The translations under genes were made by a program, and so were the position numbers. Source: Usitatibacter sp. (GTDB lineage Bacteria > Pseudomonadota > Gammaproteobacteria > Burkholderiales > Usitatibacteraceae). From it: a DNA stretch of 51,946 nucleotides. The DNA lies in NCBI GenBank assembly GCA_035516915.1, contig DATIZV010000139.1, positions 1 to 51,946 of the forward strand, written 5' to 3'. Within the stretch, counting starts at the first letter, position 1, and every line of letters starts with the position of its first letter. Under the pieces are notes generated by a model. That model saw nothing but the letters and a program-made list of their open reading frames with translations, did no database searches and was not told the origin of the DNA. Of the stretch, positions 9,936 to 19,100 are shown one piece after another.

Positions 9936-11303
9936 TCAGCGAAGCCCCGCCCCCGCGAGCGCCTCGGGCGCCCAGTCGCTCGGGTTCGGAAGACGGGTCA
10001 TGTACTTGAGGCCCTGGTTCGGGCCGAACAGGCCGGTGATGTTGTACGCGCCGGTGCCGAAATCGTAGATCGCGAACGTGTCCCCGAACGGCGCCAGCAC
10101 GTCGTAGCTGTACGACTGGAACGCGAAGCTCGAGCGGTAGAGCTTGCCGCGCGCGTCGTACTCGTCGGAGGCGAGCGCGGTCCAGCTGTCCTCGTCGAGG
10201 TAGAAGACGCGCCGGCTGTAGATGTGGCGCTTGCCGGGCTTCAGCGTCGCCTCCACCACCCAGACGCGGTGCAGCTCCCAGCGCACCAGGTCGGGATTGA
10301 GATGGTGCGGCGTCGTGATGTCGGCGGCGTTCTTGTGATAGGTGAGGCGGTAGCTGTCGTACGGCACGTACATCTCGCGCCTGCCGAGGAGCTTCCAGTC
10401 GTAGCGGTCGATCGCGCCGTTGAAGACGGACACGTCGTCGTAGGTTCCCGCACCGGCCGCGCCCGGGTTCGGCGTGTCGTAGGCGAGGTCGGGCGCGAGG
10501 CGCACGCGGCGCTGGCCCGGCAGGTACTGCCACGCCTTGCGCGGCTGCTCGAGCGGGTTCACCGAATCGATCAGCAGCAGCGCCTCGCCGTTGCGGCGCG
10601 CGGGACCGACGTAGAGCAGCTTGTTGTACCAGAAGGGCTCCGTCGGGGAGACCATGGTGCCCGCGTGCTTCGGGTCGTAGATGGGCCAGGCCCAGTACGC
10701 GTCGGCGCGCACCGCGAGCGCGGGGACGCCCGCGGAATCCACGTTCCAGTTCTCGTAGCGCGAGCCGTCGTAGCCCAGGCCGCTGTAGCGCAGGAGGTGG
10801 TTCCAGATCGCCTCCGCTCCGGTCTTCGGGATCGGGAACGGGTAGCCGGGGAGGACGTTCTCGAGAGCGACGCCGTTCTCCACGGTCTTCGCGCCGGTCG
10901 CGTTCTTCACGGTGTTCTGGAGCACCCACCTGGGCAGCGCCACCGTGCGGTGCGTCGGATAGACGTCGAGGCGCATGGTGGGGTAGCGCTTGAGGAGCTC
11001 TTTCGTCCCTTCGGTGAGCTTGTCGCCTTGCGCCGCGATGTCCTTCGCGGTGATCACGAGGCGCGGCTTCTCGTCCGCGAACGGATCGGTGCGGAAGCCC
11101 GAGCCCTTCTGGTAGCTCGCCGGCGGATGCGCGAGGCCGCCCGTGTACGGCGGGATCGTGCCTTCCTTGTTGCCGGCCATCTCGGCGCCCACGAGGGTGA
11201 GCGTCGTGCCGAGCTGCTTCGCCTCCTCGGGCGTTACCGCGGCCGCCGCGGAAGTCGCCGCGAGCGCCGCCGCGAGGACGGCCATCCATGATTTGCGCAG
11301 CAT
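9936..11303 (-). CDS. DUF1329 periplasmic protein (LolA-like fold suggested)
   Basis: Signal peptide; LTLVGAEMAGNKEGTIPPYTGG, PFPIPKTGAE, PGQRRVRLAP, ELHRVWVVEATLK..YLDEDSW. Confidence 0.92.
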   Translation of the reverse strand: MLRKSWMAVLAAALAATSAAAAVTPEEAKQLGTTLTLVGAEMAGNKEGTIPPYTGGLAHPPASYQKGSGFRTDPFADEKPRLVITAKDIAAQGDKLTEGTKELLKRYPTMRLDVYPTHRTVALPRWVLQNTVKNATGAKTVENGVALENVLPGYPFPIPKTGAEAIWNHLLRYSGLGYDGSRYENWNVDSAGVPALAVRADAYWAWPIYDPKHAGTMVSPTEPFWYNKLLYVGPARRNGEALLLIDSVNPLEQPRKAWQYLPGQRRVRLAPDLAYDTPNPGAAGAGTYDDVSVFNGAIDRYDWKLLGRREMYVPYDSYRLTYHKNAADITTPHHLNPDLVRWELHRVWVVEATLKPGKRHIYSRRVFYLDEDSWTALASDEYDARGKLYRSSFAFQSYSYDVLAPFGDTFAIYDFGTGAYNITGLFGPNQGLKYMTRLPNPSDWAPEALAGAGLR

Positions 11304-11316
11304 TCCTTCTTCTCCG

Positions 11317-13185
11317 TCAGAACGTGGTTTTGTAGGTGAGCGAGACCCAGCCGCGGTCGGAAAGCGATGCCGGAACGCCGTTGGCGACGTTCATCGCTCC
11401 GGTGGCGGTCTGCGAGTAGTCGCCGTAGTAGCCGTTGTAGGTGAGCTGGATGCGATGCTTCTGGTAGATGTCGGCCGCGACGCCGGCGCTCCACGTGCCC
11501 GCGCCCTTGTTGCCGCCGAGCTGCACCGCGGCGTTGCCCGAGAGGCCCTGGCTCCAGGTCATCGGCGCGGAGAGGTCCACGCCCGGGAGCACCTGGAACC
11601 ACGTCGGCGTGAAGTTCACCGCGAGGCCGAAGTAGTTCTTCGAAACCTTGTCGATGCCCGTGTAGTCGGGACTTCCCTTGAACACCGCCTCGTTCTGCGT
11701 GACGCGCGCCCACTGCATCCAGGTGAGCTCGGCGGCGAGCGACGCGGTATCGAAGAGCGCGGTCTTGGGAAGCACGTCGAGCGCATTGATGATGCCGTGA
11801 TAGGTATCGCCGAGCGCGCCGGGCGTGCCGTTCGAGGGCACGTCGGTGGTCGCGATCGAGCCGGGGAACTTCGGCACCAGCGCCGCGGGAAGGACGTCCA
11901 CGATGTTGCTCTGCAGCGGCTGGTTCTGGCGGTAGCTCAGCTCCGCGGCGAAGCTCACGCCGGCGATCTCCTTCGCGAGCGAGACGCCGAAGATGTGGAT
12001 GTTGTCGCCGTACGCGGTCTGGTACGTGCCGTACTTGCCGTAGCGCTGCAGGTCCGCGAGCGTGGTCGCCTTGGGGTTCACGATGCACGCGTTGCCGGGA
12101 AGCACCTGGCCGCCGAGCGCGCCGCAGGTGGCGGCCGGGATGCCGGTGGCGAGGCCCGGCGTGAGGAGGATCTGCGGAAGGATGTCGTTGGCGTTGCGCG
12201 CGTAGAAGCCGAGCGTGCCGTCGAGCCAGCTCGGGCTCCAGCGCGCCGAGAGCCCGTAGTCGCCGAGGCTCGCGCTGGTGCGCGACTGCGGCGTCGTGCC
12301 CACGTTCCATGCGCGCAGCATGGCGGGCGTCCCCGGAACCGCGGGAAAGAACGGGTTCGGCGCGACGATGACCGACTGGCCGCCGAAGTTGAGGCCGTCC
12401 TGGATCGTGAGGTAGTCGCCCGACTCGGGAACCCGCACCGCCTGCCATTCGTAGAACCACTGGCCCGCGACGGAGAGCTCGGGGGTGGGCTGCGCCTGCA
12501 GCGTGACCGCGCCGCGCGGGCGGAAGAGCTCCTTCACCTCGGAGCCCGGGGTCGCGAATCCCTTCTGCAGGTCGAGCGAATATTGCCCGTACGAAACCGA
12601 ATGCACCGCGCCGCCGAGGAGCAGGCTCTCGCCCCAGAAGACCGTGTGCCGGCCGACCTTCGCGTTCACCGGCACGCCGCCCGGCTCCACGTTCGCGAAC
12701 ACGAACGCGTCGAGGATCTCGCCCGAGGGTCCTTCCGAATAGCGCTTCGCGAAGGGGCTCAGCTCGCCGGCGACGGGCAGGCCGTCGACCAGCGTGTTGG
12801 CGGTCGCCGTGCTGTTGTTGTCGAGATGGCGATACGCCGGATCCCACCACGCGGCCGCGCTGGTGCGAAAGCCGAAGGTGCGCTTGTAGACGACGTCGAG
12901 CTCGGAGAGCAGGTCGACGCGGCTCGTGACGAGCGAGCCGTTGGAGAAGTTGCGGTCTCCGTCGTCGAAGTTGGGGTTGGCGAGGATCTTCGGGTCCTGC
13001 GACTGCGCGCGCACGCCGGCATTGAGGCGCACCGTGTTGTCCCAGCGCGCCGAGAGGTCCGGATTTCCGGTCGCGATCTCGAACGCCTGGGCGCTTCCGG
13101 CCGCGGTGATCGTCCACAGCACGGCGAGCGCGGCGGCGAGGGATCCGGCCGCGACGACGGGGTTGGATTCGGTCGAACGAATCAT
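11317..13185 (-). CDS. DUF1302 outer-membrane beta-barrel protein
   Basis: Signal peptide; NFDDGDRNF, GRHTVFWGES, GSEVKELFRP, ELSYR, DRGWVSLTYKTTF with terminal Phe. Confidence 0.92.
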   Translation of the reverse strand: MIRSTESNPVVAAGSLAAALAVLWTITAAGSAQAFEIATGNPDLSARWDNTVRLNAGVRAQSQDPKILANPNFDDGDRNFSNGSLVTSRVDLLSELDVVYKRTFGFRTSAAAWWDPAYRHLDNNSTATANTLVDGLPVAGELSPFAKRYSEGPSGEILDAFVFANVEPGGVPVNAKVGRHTVFWGESLLLGGAVHSVSYGQYSLDLQKGFATPGSEVKELFRPRGAVTLQAQPTPELSVAGQWFYEWQAVRVPESGDYLTIQDGLNFGGQSVIVAPNPFFPAVPGTPAMLRAWNVGTTPQSRTSASLGDYGLSARWSPSWLDGTLGFYARNANDILPQILLTPGLATGIPAATCGALGGQVLPGNACIVNPKATTLADLQRYGKYGTYQTAYGDNIHIFGVSLAKEIAGVSFAAELSYRQNQPLQSNIVDVLPAALVPKFPGSIATTDVPSNGTPGALGDTYHGIINALDVLPKTALFDTASLAAELTWMQWARVTQNEAVFKGSPDYTGIDKVSKNYFGLAVNFTPTWFQVLPGVDLSAPMTWSQGLSGNAAVQLGGNKGAGTWSAGVAADIYQKHRIQLTYNGYYGDYSQTATGAMNVANGVPASLSDRGWVSLTYKTTF

Positions 13186-13252
13186 GGAGACGGCTCTTCC
13201 TTTGTCGTGGTTGTGGGGGGAAAACGTCGCTGCTGGGGAATCGGCAATCACG

Positions 13253-14302
13253 TCATCGATGCGCGTGCGCCGCGCCTCCGACCACGTCGGCCGGCGCGAG
13301 GTTGAGGATGCGGGCGAAGAGCTGGCGGTATTCCTCGTCGTTGTCGAGGGAGAAGCGCGGGTCGCCGTTGCCGGCGAACGCCTCCGCGATCCCGGCCCAG
13401 TCCTCTTCGGTGAGGTGCTCGCGCGCGGCGGGAAGGATCACCTTGGTCTCGAGCGCCATGTGCTCCATCTGGGAGGCGGCGAAGCTCGCGGCGGCGGCGG
13501 CGAAGCGCGAGAACGCGTGCGCGTCGCGCTCGTAGGCCGCGATCGAATCCTCGAGCTCGGCCACGCGCTCGCGGCCCGCCTCGTGCTGCCGGCGCAGCTC
13601 CTCGAGCGTCGCGTCGTACTCTCCGGTGCGCTCGGCGAGCTTGCGGAAGAGGTACGACTCCTCCTTCGGGTGGTGCAGCGCCTCGGGGAACGCCTTGATG
13701 TAATGCACCATCGCGCGCAGCAACGGGAACGAGGGCGGCCGTGCGGTGTCGCGTGCCTGCCGGACCAGGAACTCGAGGGCGTGGATCACCGCGGCGAGCG
13801 AGCGGTGCTCGTCGCCCAGAATCGCGAGGGGAACGCGCATCGCGGCATCGGCGAGGTTGCTCTCGACCGCCGACACCAGCACCGGCAGCGTGGCGTGCTG
13901 CAGCACTTTCTCGGTCTGCGAGCCGAGCACGAGGCTCCTCAGGCCGCGGCGGCCGTGCGAGGCGATGAAGACGAGGTCGCACCCGCGCCGCACGGCCGCC
14001 TCGAGGATCGCCTCGTAGGCGCGGTCGCTGCGCACCACCAGCGATTCGTGCGCCACGCCCGCGGCCCGCGCCACCGCCTCGGCCTTGGCGAGGATCGCCC
14101 GCGCCTCGCCCGCCATGTGCTCGTTGAACGTCGCGGGCGACATCACGCGCTCGAGCGCGCCCACGCTGGATGCGCCGTAGTCTTCCTGCGCATGGAAGAA
14201 CGTGATGCGGGCGCCGGCATCGCGCGCGAACTCGACCGCCTTGCGCACCGTGTCGACGGCGAGCAGCGAGTCGTCGAGCGGGACCATCAGGTGTCGGAAC
14301 AT
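13253..14302 (-). CDS. Universal stress protein (USP) domain fused to hemerythrin/HHE domain
   Basis: N-term MFRHLMVPLDDS...ASHGRRGLRSLVLGSQTEKVLQHATLPVLV (USP). C-term EHRSL...HHPKEE..LF...QHE...EHMALETKVILP (HHE di-iron ligands). GGAGGAG RBS. Confidence 0.88.
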   Translation of the reverse strand: MFRHLMVPLDDSLLAVDTVRKAVEFARDAGARITFFHAQEDYGASSVGALERVMSPATFNEHMAGEARAILAKAEAVARAAGVAHESLVVRSDRAYEAILEAAVRRGCDLVFIASHGRRGLRSLVLGSQTEKVLQHATLPVLVSAVESNLADAAMRVPLAILGDEHRSLAAVIHALEFLVRQARDTARPPSFPLLRAMVHYIKAFPEALHHPKEESYLFRKLAERTGEYDATLEELRRQHEAGRERVAELEDSIAAYERDAHAFSRFAAAAASFAASQMEHMALETKVILPAAREHLTEEDWAGIAEAFAGNGDPRFSLDNDEEYRQLFARILNLAPADVVGGAAHAHR

Positions 14303-14324
14303 CTCCTCCTCCGTCTCGCCGGCG

Positions 14325-15218
14325 TCAATACGGCCGGTCGCCGATGATTCCCGCGCGTTCCATCTTCCTGTGGCACGGCGGGTAGTCCATGACGGCGTAG
14401 TGCTGCGTGCAGCGGTTGTCCCAGAACGCCACGCTGTTGGGCTTCCAGCGCCAGCGAACCTGGTACTCGGGAATGAACGCCTGGCTCACGAGGTACGCGA
14501 GCAGCTGCGACGCGCCGGGCGCGTAGTCCTGCCCGAAGCGCACGTTCGCCGGCGTGTGGAAGTTGGTGAAGTGCGTGGTGAAGCCGTTGACGAAGAGGAT
14601 CTTCTCGCCGGTCTCCGGATGGATGCGCACGACCGGATGCTCGGCGTCGGGGAACTGGGCTCTCAGCGCGAGGCGCTTGTCGATCGGCATCGCCGCGCCG
14701 AAGCTCGCCTCGATGCTGTGGCGCGCGCGAAGGCCGGCGACCTGCGCCTTGACGGAATCGGGGAGGCGCTTGTACGCCTCGGCCATGTTCGCCCACATGG
14801 TGTCGCCGCCGACCGCAGGACACTCGACGCAGCGCAGCACGCAGCCGAAGGGCGGCTTCTCGCGCCAGGTGGCATCCGTATGCCAGGCGTTCTCGTAGCG
14901 CTCGATCGGCGCGTCGGGCGACTTGTAGATGCGCACGAGCCCGGGATGGTCCGGATCGCTTCCCGCAACCGGATGGTCCTCGAGCTCGCCGAAGTGGCGG
15001 GCAAAAGCCACGTGCTCGCCACGCGTCATGTCCTGGTCGCGGAAGAAGAGCACCTTGTGCTCGAGGAGCAGCACGCGCAGGTCCCCCGCCAGGCTCGGGG
15101 TGCGCGAGGCGACCGCCAGGCTCACGTTCGAGAGCTCGGCGCCGATCGTGCACGTGAGGCGCTCCACGTGGATCGAGCCGCGGGTCGCGATGATCGCCGG
15201 TGCGTTCGCTGGGTTCAT
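14325..15218 (-). CDS. TauD/TfdA family Fe(II)/2-oxoglutarate dioxygenase
   Basis: IGAEL, HKVLFFRDQ, WHTDATW (HxD), GGDTMW, HPVVRIHPETGEK, WDNRCTQH...R. Confidence 0.93.
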   Translation of the reverse strand: MNPANAPAIIATRGSIHVERLTCTIGAELSNVSLAVASRTPSLAGDLRVLLLEHKVLFFRDQDMTRGEHVAFARHFGELEDHPVAGSDPDHPGLVRIYKSPDAPIERYENAWHTDATWREKPPFGCVLRCVECPAVGGDTMWANMAEAYKRLPDSVKAQVAGLRARHSIEASFGAAMPIDKRLALRAQFPDAEHPVVRIHPETGEKILFVNGFTTHFTNFHTPANVRFGQDYAPGASQLLAYLVSQAFIPEYQVRWRWKPNSVAFWDNRCTQHYAVMDYPPCHRKMERAGIIGDRPY

Positions 15219-15243
15219 GGCATGTCCTCCGTGGCTCGCGATC

Positions 15244-16233
15244 TCAGATGACGAAGATCGAGGAGCCGATCGTCTTGCGCGCCTCGAGGTCGCGGTGGGC
15301 CTGCACGGCCTCCTCGAGCCGGTAGCGCTGGTGGATCTCGATCTGGATGCGTCGGGCGGCGACGTGGTCGAAGAGCTCGGCGGCGAGCGCCGCCTTCTCG
15401 GCCGGATCGGCGATGTAGTCGGCGAGCGCCGGGCGCGTCACGAAGAGCGATCCCTTGATCGCGAGCTGCATCGCGTCGATCGGCGGCACCGGCCCCGAGG
15501 CGGTGCCGACGCAGACCAGCAATCCCCTGCGCTTGAGGGAATCGAGCGACGCGGCGAAGGTCTCCCTGCCGACGCTGTCGAACACGACGTTCACGCCGCT
15601 TCCGTTCGTGATCTCCCGCACGCGCTTCGCCACGTCCTCGCGTTGGTAGTTGATGGCGTAGTCGCAGCCGTGCGACTGCGCCACCGCCGCCTTCACCTCG
15701 GAGGAGACCGTTCCGATCACGCGCAGTCCCAGCACCTTCGCCCACTGCGAGACGATGAGGCCCACGCCGCCCGCGGCGGCGTGCAGCAGGACCCAGTCGC
15801 CGGAGGCGAGCGGCCAGATGCGGCGCAGCAGGTAGGCGGCGGTGAGGCCGCGCATCGTCATCGCGGCCGCGGTCTCGCAATGGATCGCCGCGGGCAGCTT
15901 GATGAGAGGCGCGGCGGGCATGACGCGTTCGCTCGCGTACGCGCCGAGCGTGTTGAGGAAACCGGTGTAGGTCACGCGATCGCCGGGCGCGACGTTCGTC
16001 ACGCCCACGCCCACGTCCTCGACGACGCCCGCCGCCTCGACGCCGATGCCGTTGGGCAGCGGCACGGGATAGAGCCCGGTGCGGAAGTAGGTATCGGCGA
16101 AATTGAGCCCGACCGCGACGTGCCGGACGCGCACCTCGCCCGGCCCCGGATCCGGAACCTCGACCTCTTCCACGCGCAGCACCTCGGGGCCGCCCGCGCG
16201 GTGCATGCGGATCGCCCGGGCCATGTTCGCCAT
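15244..16233 (-). CDS. NADPH:quinone oxidoreductase (zeta-crystallin, Zn-independent MDR)
   Basis: GGPEVL, GLNFADTYFRTGLYP, HAAAGGVG, FDSVG, KGSLFVTRP, AHRDLEARKTIGS. Confidence 0.9.
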   Translation of the reverse strand: MANMARAIRMHRAGGPEVLRVEEVEVPDPGPGEVRVRHVAVGLNFADTYFRTGLYPVPLPNGIGVEAAGVVEDVGVGVTNVAPGDRVTYTGFLNTLGAYASERVMPAAPLIKLPAAIHCETAAAMTMRGLTAAYLLRRIWPLASGDWVLLHAAAGGVGLIVSQWAKVLGLRVIGTVSSEVKAAVAQSHGCDYAINYQREDVAKRVREITNGSGVNVVFDSVGRETFAASLDSLKRRGLLVCVGTASGPVPPIDAMQLAIKGSLFVTRPALADYIADPAEKAALAAELFDHVAARRIQIEIHQRYRLEEAVQAHRDLEARKTIGSSIFVI

Positions 16234-16250
16234 CGCCGGACGCCCGCCCA

Positions 16251-17312
16251 TCACGCCACCGCGCGCAGCGTGGAGCCGCCGGCGCCGGGCTTGCGGTCGG
16301 GTGCGAAGCCGTTCGCGGCGAGCGTCTCGTCGACGTCCCCGTAGAACTCGCCGATGCGGCAGATGCGCTTCGCCTCCTTGCCGCTCGCGATCTCGCGGCC
16401 GAACTCGCGCGAGATGCGCACCAGCTGCTCGACCTGCCGAACGGTGCTCATCTTCGCCTTGCGATCCTGCGACCAGAGGTTGTCCTCGATGCCGCAGCGC
16501 ACGTGCAGCCCCATCGCGATGCCCATCATGTTGATGGGCAACGTGTTGAGCATCGAGCTCTCCACCGTCACCACGGCGCGATCGGGCACCGCGCGCAGGA
16601 AGTTGGCGAGGTTGTAGACGTTGGGCGCGTCCATGCCGCCGGAGATCGCGACCCAGTTGAGCACCAGCGGCCCCTTGTAGACGCCGCGCCGGATCAACCG
16701 CTCGATGGTCTCGTAGCTGTTGATGTAGTAGCACTGGAACTCGCTCTGGATCCCGGCCGCGGAAAGGCGCCGGATGTGCTCCTCGTACCAGCTCGGGTTC
16801 GAGGGCACGATCATGTCGCGGTAGGCCTTGTAGGTCGCGGGCTCGGCGAGCGACGTGCCGGCGATGTCCTCCGCGGTCATGTGCTCGAAGATGTTCATCT
16901 GCGCGGTGTTGACGGTCACGGTCACCTGGTCGGGCTTCGGCGTGAGCTCGGCGAGCGCGTGGCGCGTGTCGTCGGAGAGCCATTTCGCCGCTGCGCCCTC
17001 GCCCTCGGGAGCGAAGGAGATCGAGCCGCCGACCTGCAGCAGCATGTCCGGCACGGCCGCGCGCAGGCCCGCGAGCAGCTCGTTGAAGCGCGACAGCCGC
17101 TTCGAGCCCTTGCCGTCGTCCTCGCGCACGTGCACGTGCAGCACCGTGGCGCCGGCGTTGTAGCAGTCCACCGCCTTCTGCACGTGCTCCGCGATCGTCA
17201 CCGGGATGTCGCCGGGGAAATCGGCGGGCATCCATTCGGGGCCGTACGGCGCCGCGGTGATGACGAGCTTTTCCTGGTTCTGGGGAAAGAGCGACCCGTC
17301 GAGAAAGTTCAT
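16251..17312 (-). CDS. Beta-keto acid cleavage enzyme (BKACE / 3-keto-5-aminohexanoate cleavage, DUF849)
   Basis: KLVITAAPYG, AVDCYNAGATVLHVHVRE (HxH Zn site), HVRCGIEDN, QVEQLVRISREFGREIA; ATGA overlap with the upstream CMD gene. Confidence 0.92.
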   Translation of the reverse strand: MNFLDGSLFPQNQEKLVITAAPYGPEWMPADFPGDIPVTIAEHVQKAVDCYNAGATVLHVHVREDDGKGSKRLSRFNELLAGLRAAVPDMLLQVGGSISFAPEGEGAAAKWLSDDTRHALAELTPKPDQVTVTVNTAQMNIFEHMTAEDIAGTSLAEPATYKAYRDMIVPSNPSWYEEHIRRLSAAGIQSEFQCYYINSYETIERLIRRGVYKGPLVLNWVAISGGMDAPNVYNLANFLRAVPDRAVVTVESSMLNTLPINMMGIAMGLHVRCGIEDNLWSQDRKAKMSTVRQVEQLVRISREFGREIASGKEAKRICRIGEFYGDVDETLAANGFAPDRKPGAGGSTLRAVA

Positions 17313-17698
17313 GGCGTCTCCTTTGCGTTCCGGGGTCTGGACTTCTTCTTCGCTCGCCGCGCGCCCAGCTCCTCGACGAGGATCGGTGCGGCGAGGCACA
17401 TCGTGTTCATGCCCTGCGCGACGACGAGCTGCAGGACGGCGAGGATCTCCTCCCGCGTGGCGCCCGCCTGGAGCGCGCGCCGGATGTGGTGGCGGACGCC
17501 CGTCGCGTACATCTGCGCGCACGACGCATCGATCGCGATGCCGATCAGCTCGACGGTCTTCTTGTCGAGGGCGCCCGACACGGCGGGCGAGATCACCAGG
17601 GCGAGCGCCTTCTCGGACCACGCCGGATCGAGCCACGCGAACGGCTCCCACTCGGGATTCCAGTTGCCGCTCGCCCGGGCGCGCCGCGCGTGGGTCAC
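17309..17698 (-). CDS. Carboxymuconolactone decarboxylase/AhpD-like family protein
   Basis: WNPEWE..LDP, LDKKTVELIGIAIDAS, HIRRALQAGATREEILAVL. GTG overlaps the MFS stop; an alternative ATG is at 17710. Confidence 0.8.
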   Translation of the reverse strand: MTHARRARASGNWNPEWEPFAWLDPAWSEKALALVISPAVSGALDKKTVELIGIAIDASCAQMYATGVRHHIRRALQAGATREEILAVLQLVVAQGMNTMCLAAPILVEELGARRAKKKSRPRNAKETP

Positions 17699-19008
17699 GC
17701 CGCGCTCCATGCCGGCTCGGCCGCGATCTCGGCGGCGGCGCGCCGGTCCCGCGGATAGGAACGCGCGGCCCACACGAACAGCGCCGCGGCGGCGAGGCAG
17801 AAGAGCGGAACGACCGCCATCGCGAAGCGCAGCCCGTACGCGTCGGAGAGCGCGCCCGCGAGCAGCGGCCCACCGGCGAGGCCGAAGAGGTTGCGCGTGA
17901 GCGAGAGCACCGAAACCGCCGTCGCGCGCAGCCCCGGATGCGTGACGTCGATCACCACGGCGTCCGTCGGCCCGACGCTCCCGGCCATCACGCAGGCGCC
18001 GGCGAGGATCAGCGCGAACTGCGCCCCGCCGGGCGGGAAGGCCGCGAAGGCGATGCAAAGCAGCACGGTGGTGGCGACCGCCGCGAACGCCGGGATCACG
18101 AGGCGTGCGCTCGGCAGGCGCGAGCTCGCACGATCCGCGATGACGGAGAGGACCAGCGCGCCGACGCCGCCCAGCAGCACCACGAGCGCGGTCTTGACTC
18201 CGGCGCGATCGGGCGCGAGGCCGTAGTAGCGGTGGAAGAAGCTGGGGAGCCACGCGTACATCGTGGAGACCACCAGCAGGTTGAAGCCGGCGCCGAGGCA
18301 CGTGATCCAGGCGGTGCGCGGGCGCATGAGCTCCGCCACCACGGCGCGACCGGCGAGGCGCGAGGCGCCCGCGTTCCTTCCGCCCCCGGAAAAGTCGACC
18401 GTGGGATAGTCGCGCACGATGATCGCGAAGAGGCACGCGAGCAGCAGGCCCGGGATGGAGACCACGCCGAATCCCGCCTGCCAGCCCCATCGCTCGGCGA
18501 GAACGCCGCCGAGCATCACGCCGGAGACCGAGCCGAGGATCGCCGCGGCGAGGAATGCGCCGAGCACGGTGCCGCGCATGCGCGGTGGGAAGAGCGTCGC
18601 GAGGAGCGCGGCGCCCGCGGTGCCGTAGGCCGCTTCGCCCAGGCCCACGACGCTGCGCGCGCCGACCAGCGAGGCGTAGTCGCGTGTGAATGCACAGGCG
18701 AGCGTCGCGAGGCTCCACACCACCGCCATGATGAAGATGCTCTTCACCCGGCCCCAGCGGTCCGCGACGAGCGAAAGCGGGACCGCTCCCAGCGCCACGG
18801 CGACGGACACTACCGATACGAGCGCGCCGAGCTGGCTGTCGGAAAGGCTCCACTGCGCCTTGAGGTGGGGAAACATCGACACCACGACCTGGCGATCGAC
18901 GTAGTCGACCACCATCAGCGCGAAGAGGATCGCGAAGACGGACCACGCGTAGCGCCGCGGGGCGGGGCGCTGCGCGACCGGATCGAAGGTGGCGACGTGG
19001 GTCGACAT
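17695..19008 (-). CDS. MFS transporter (spinster/ACS-like)
   Basis: About 12 TM; DYVDRQVV, motif A LVADRWGRVK, ARSVVGLGEAAY, FPPRMRG. Confidence 0.92.
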   Translation of the reverse strand: MSTHVATFDPVAQRPAPRRYAWSVFAILFALMVVDYVDRQVVVSMFPHLKAQWSLSDSQLGALVSVVSVAVALGAVPLSLVADRWGRVKSIFIMAVVWSLATLACAFTRDYASLVGARSVVGLGEAAYGTAGAALLATLFPPRMRGTVLGAFLAAAILGSVSGVMLGGVLAERWGWQAGFGVVSIPGLLLACLFAIIVRDYPTVDFSGGGRNAGASRLAGRAVVAELMRPRTAWITCLGAGFNLLVVSTMYAWLPSFFHRYYGLAPDRAGVKTALVVLLGGVGALVLSVIADRASSRLPSARLVIPAFAAVATTVLLCIAFAAFPPGGAQFALILAGACVMAGSVGPTDAVVIDVTHPGLRATAVSVLSLTRNLFGLAGGPLLAGALSDAYGLRFAMAVVPLFCLAAAALFVWAARSYPRDRRAAAEIAAEPAWSAA

Positions 19009-19017
19009 GGCAGCGCG

Positions 19018-19080
19018 ATTCTCGGCGTCGACGGGCTTTGCGGCTTGCTCTGCCGGGACGTAGACTTATCTTTCGGGGAC
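19018..19080 (-). promoter_or_regulatory. Putative AraC-activated promoter of the catabolic operon: tandem direct repeats plus -10
   Basis: Minus strand GTCCCCGAAAGATAAG (19065-19080) and GTCCCGGCAGAGCAAG (19044-19059), 21 bp period. The proximal copy sits at the -35 position of -10 GAGAAT (19018-19023). Confidence 0.6.
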
Positions 19081-19100
19081 AGCGCTCGGGGGGAGGCGCC

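Noticed and set aside
14325-15218. Assigning tauD (taurine dioxygenase)
   Set aside because: Only family motifs are visible; there is no tauABC or sulfur-regulon context.
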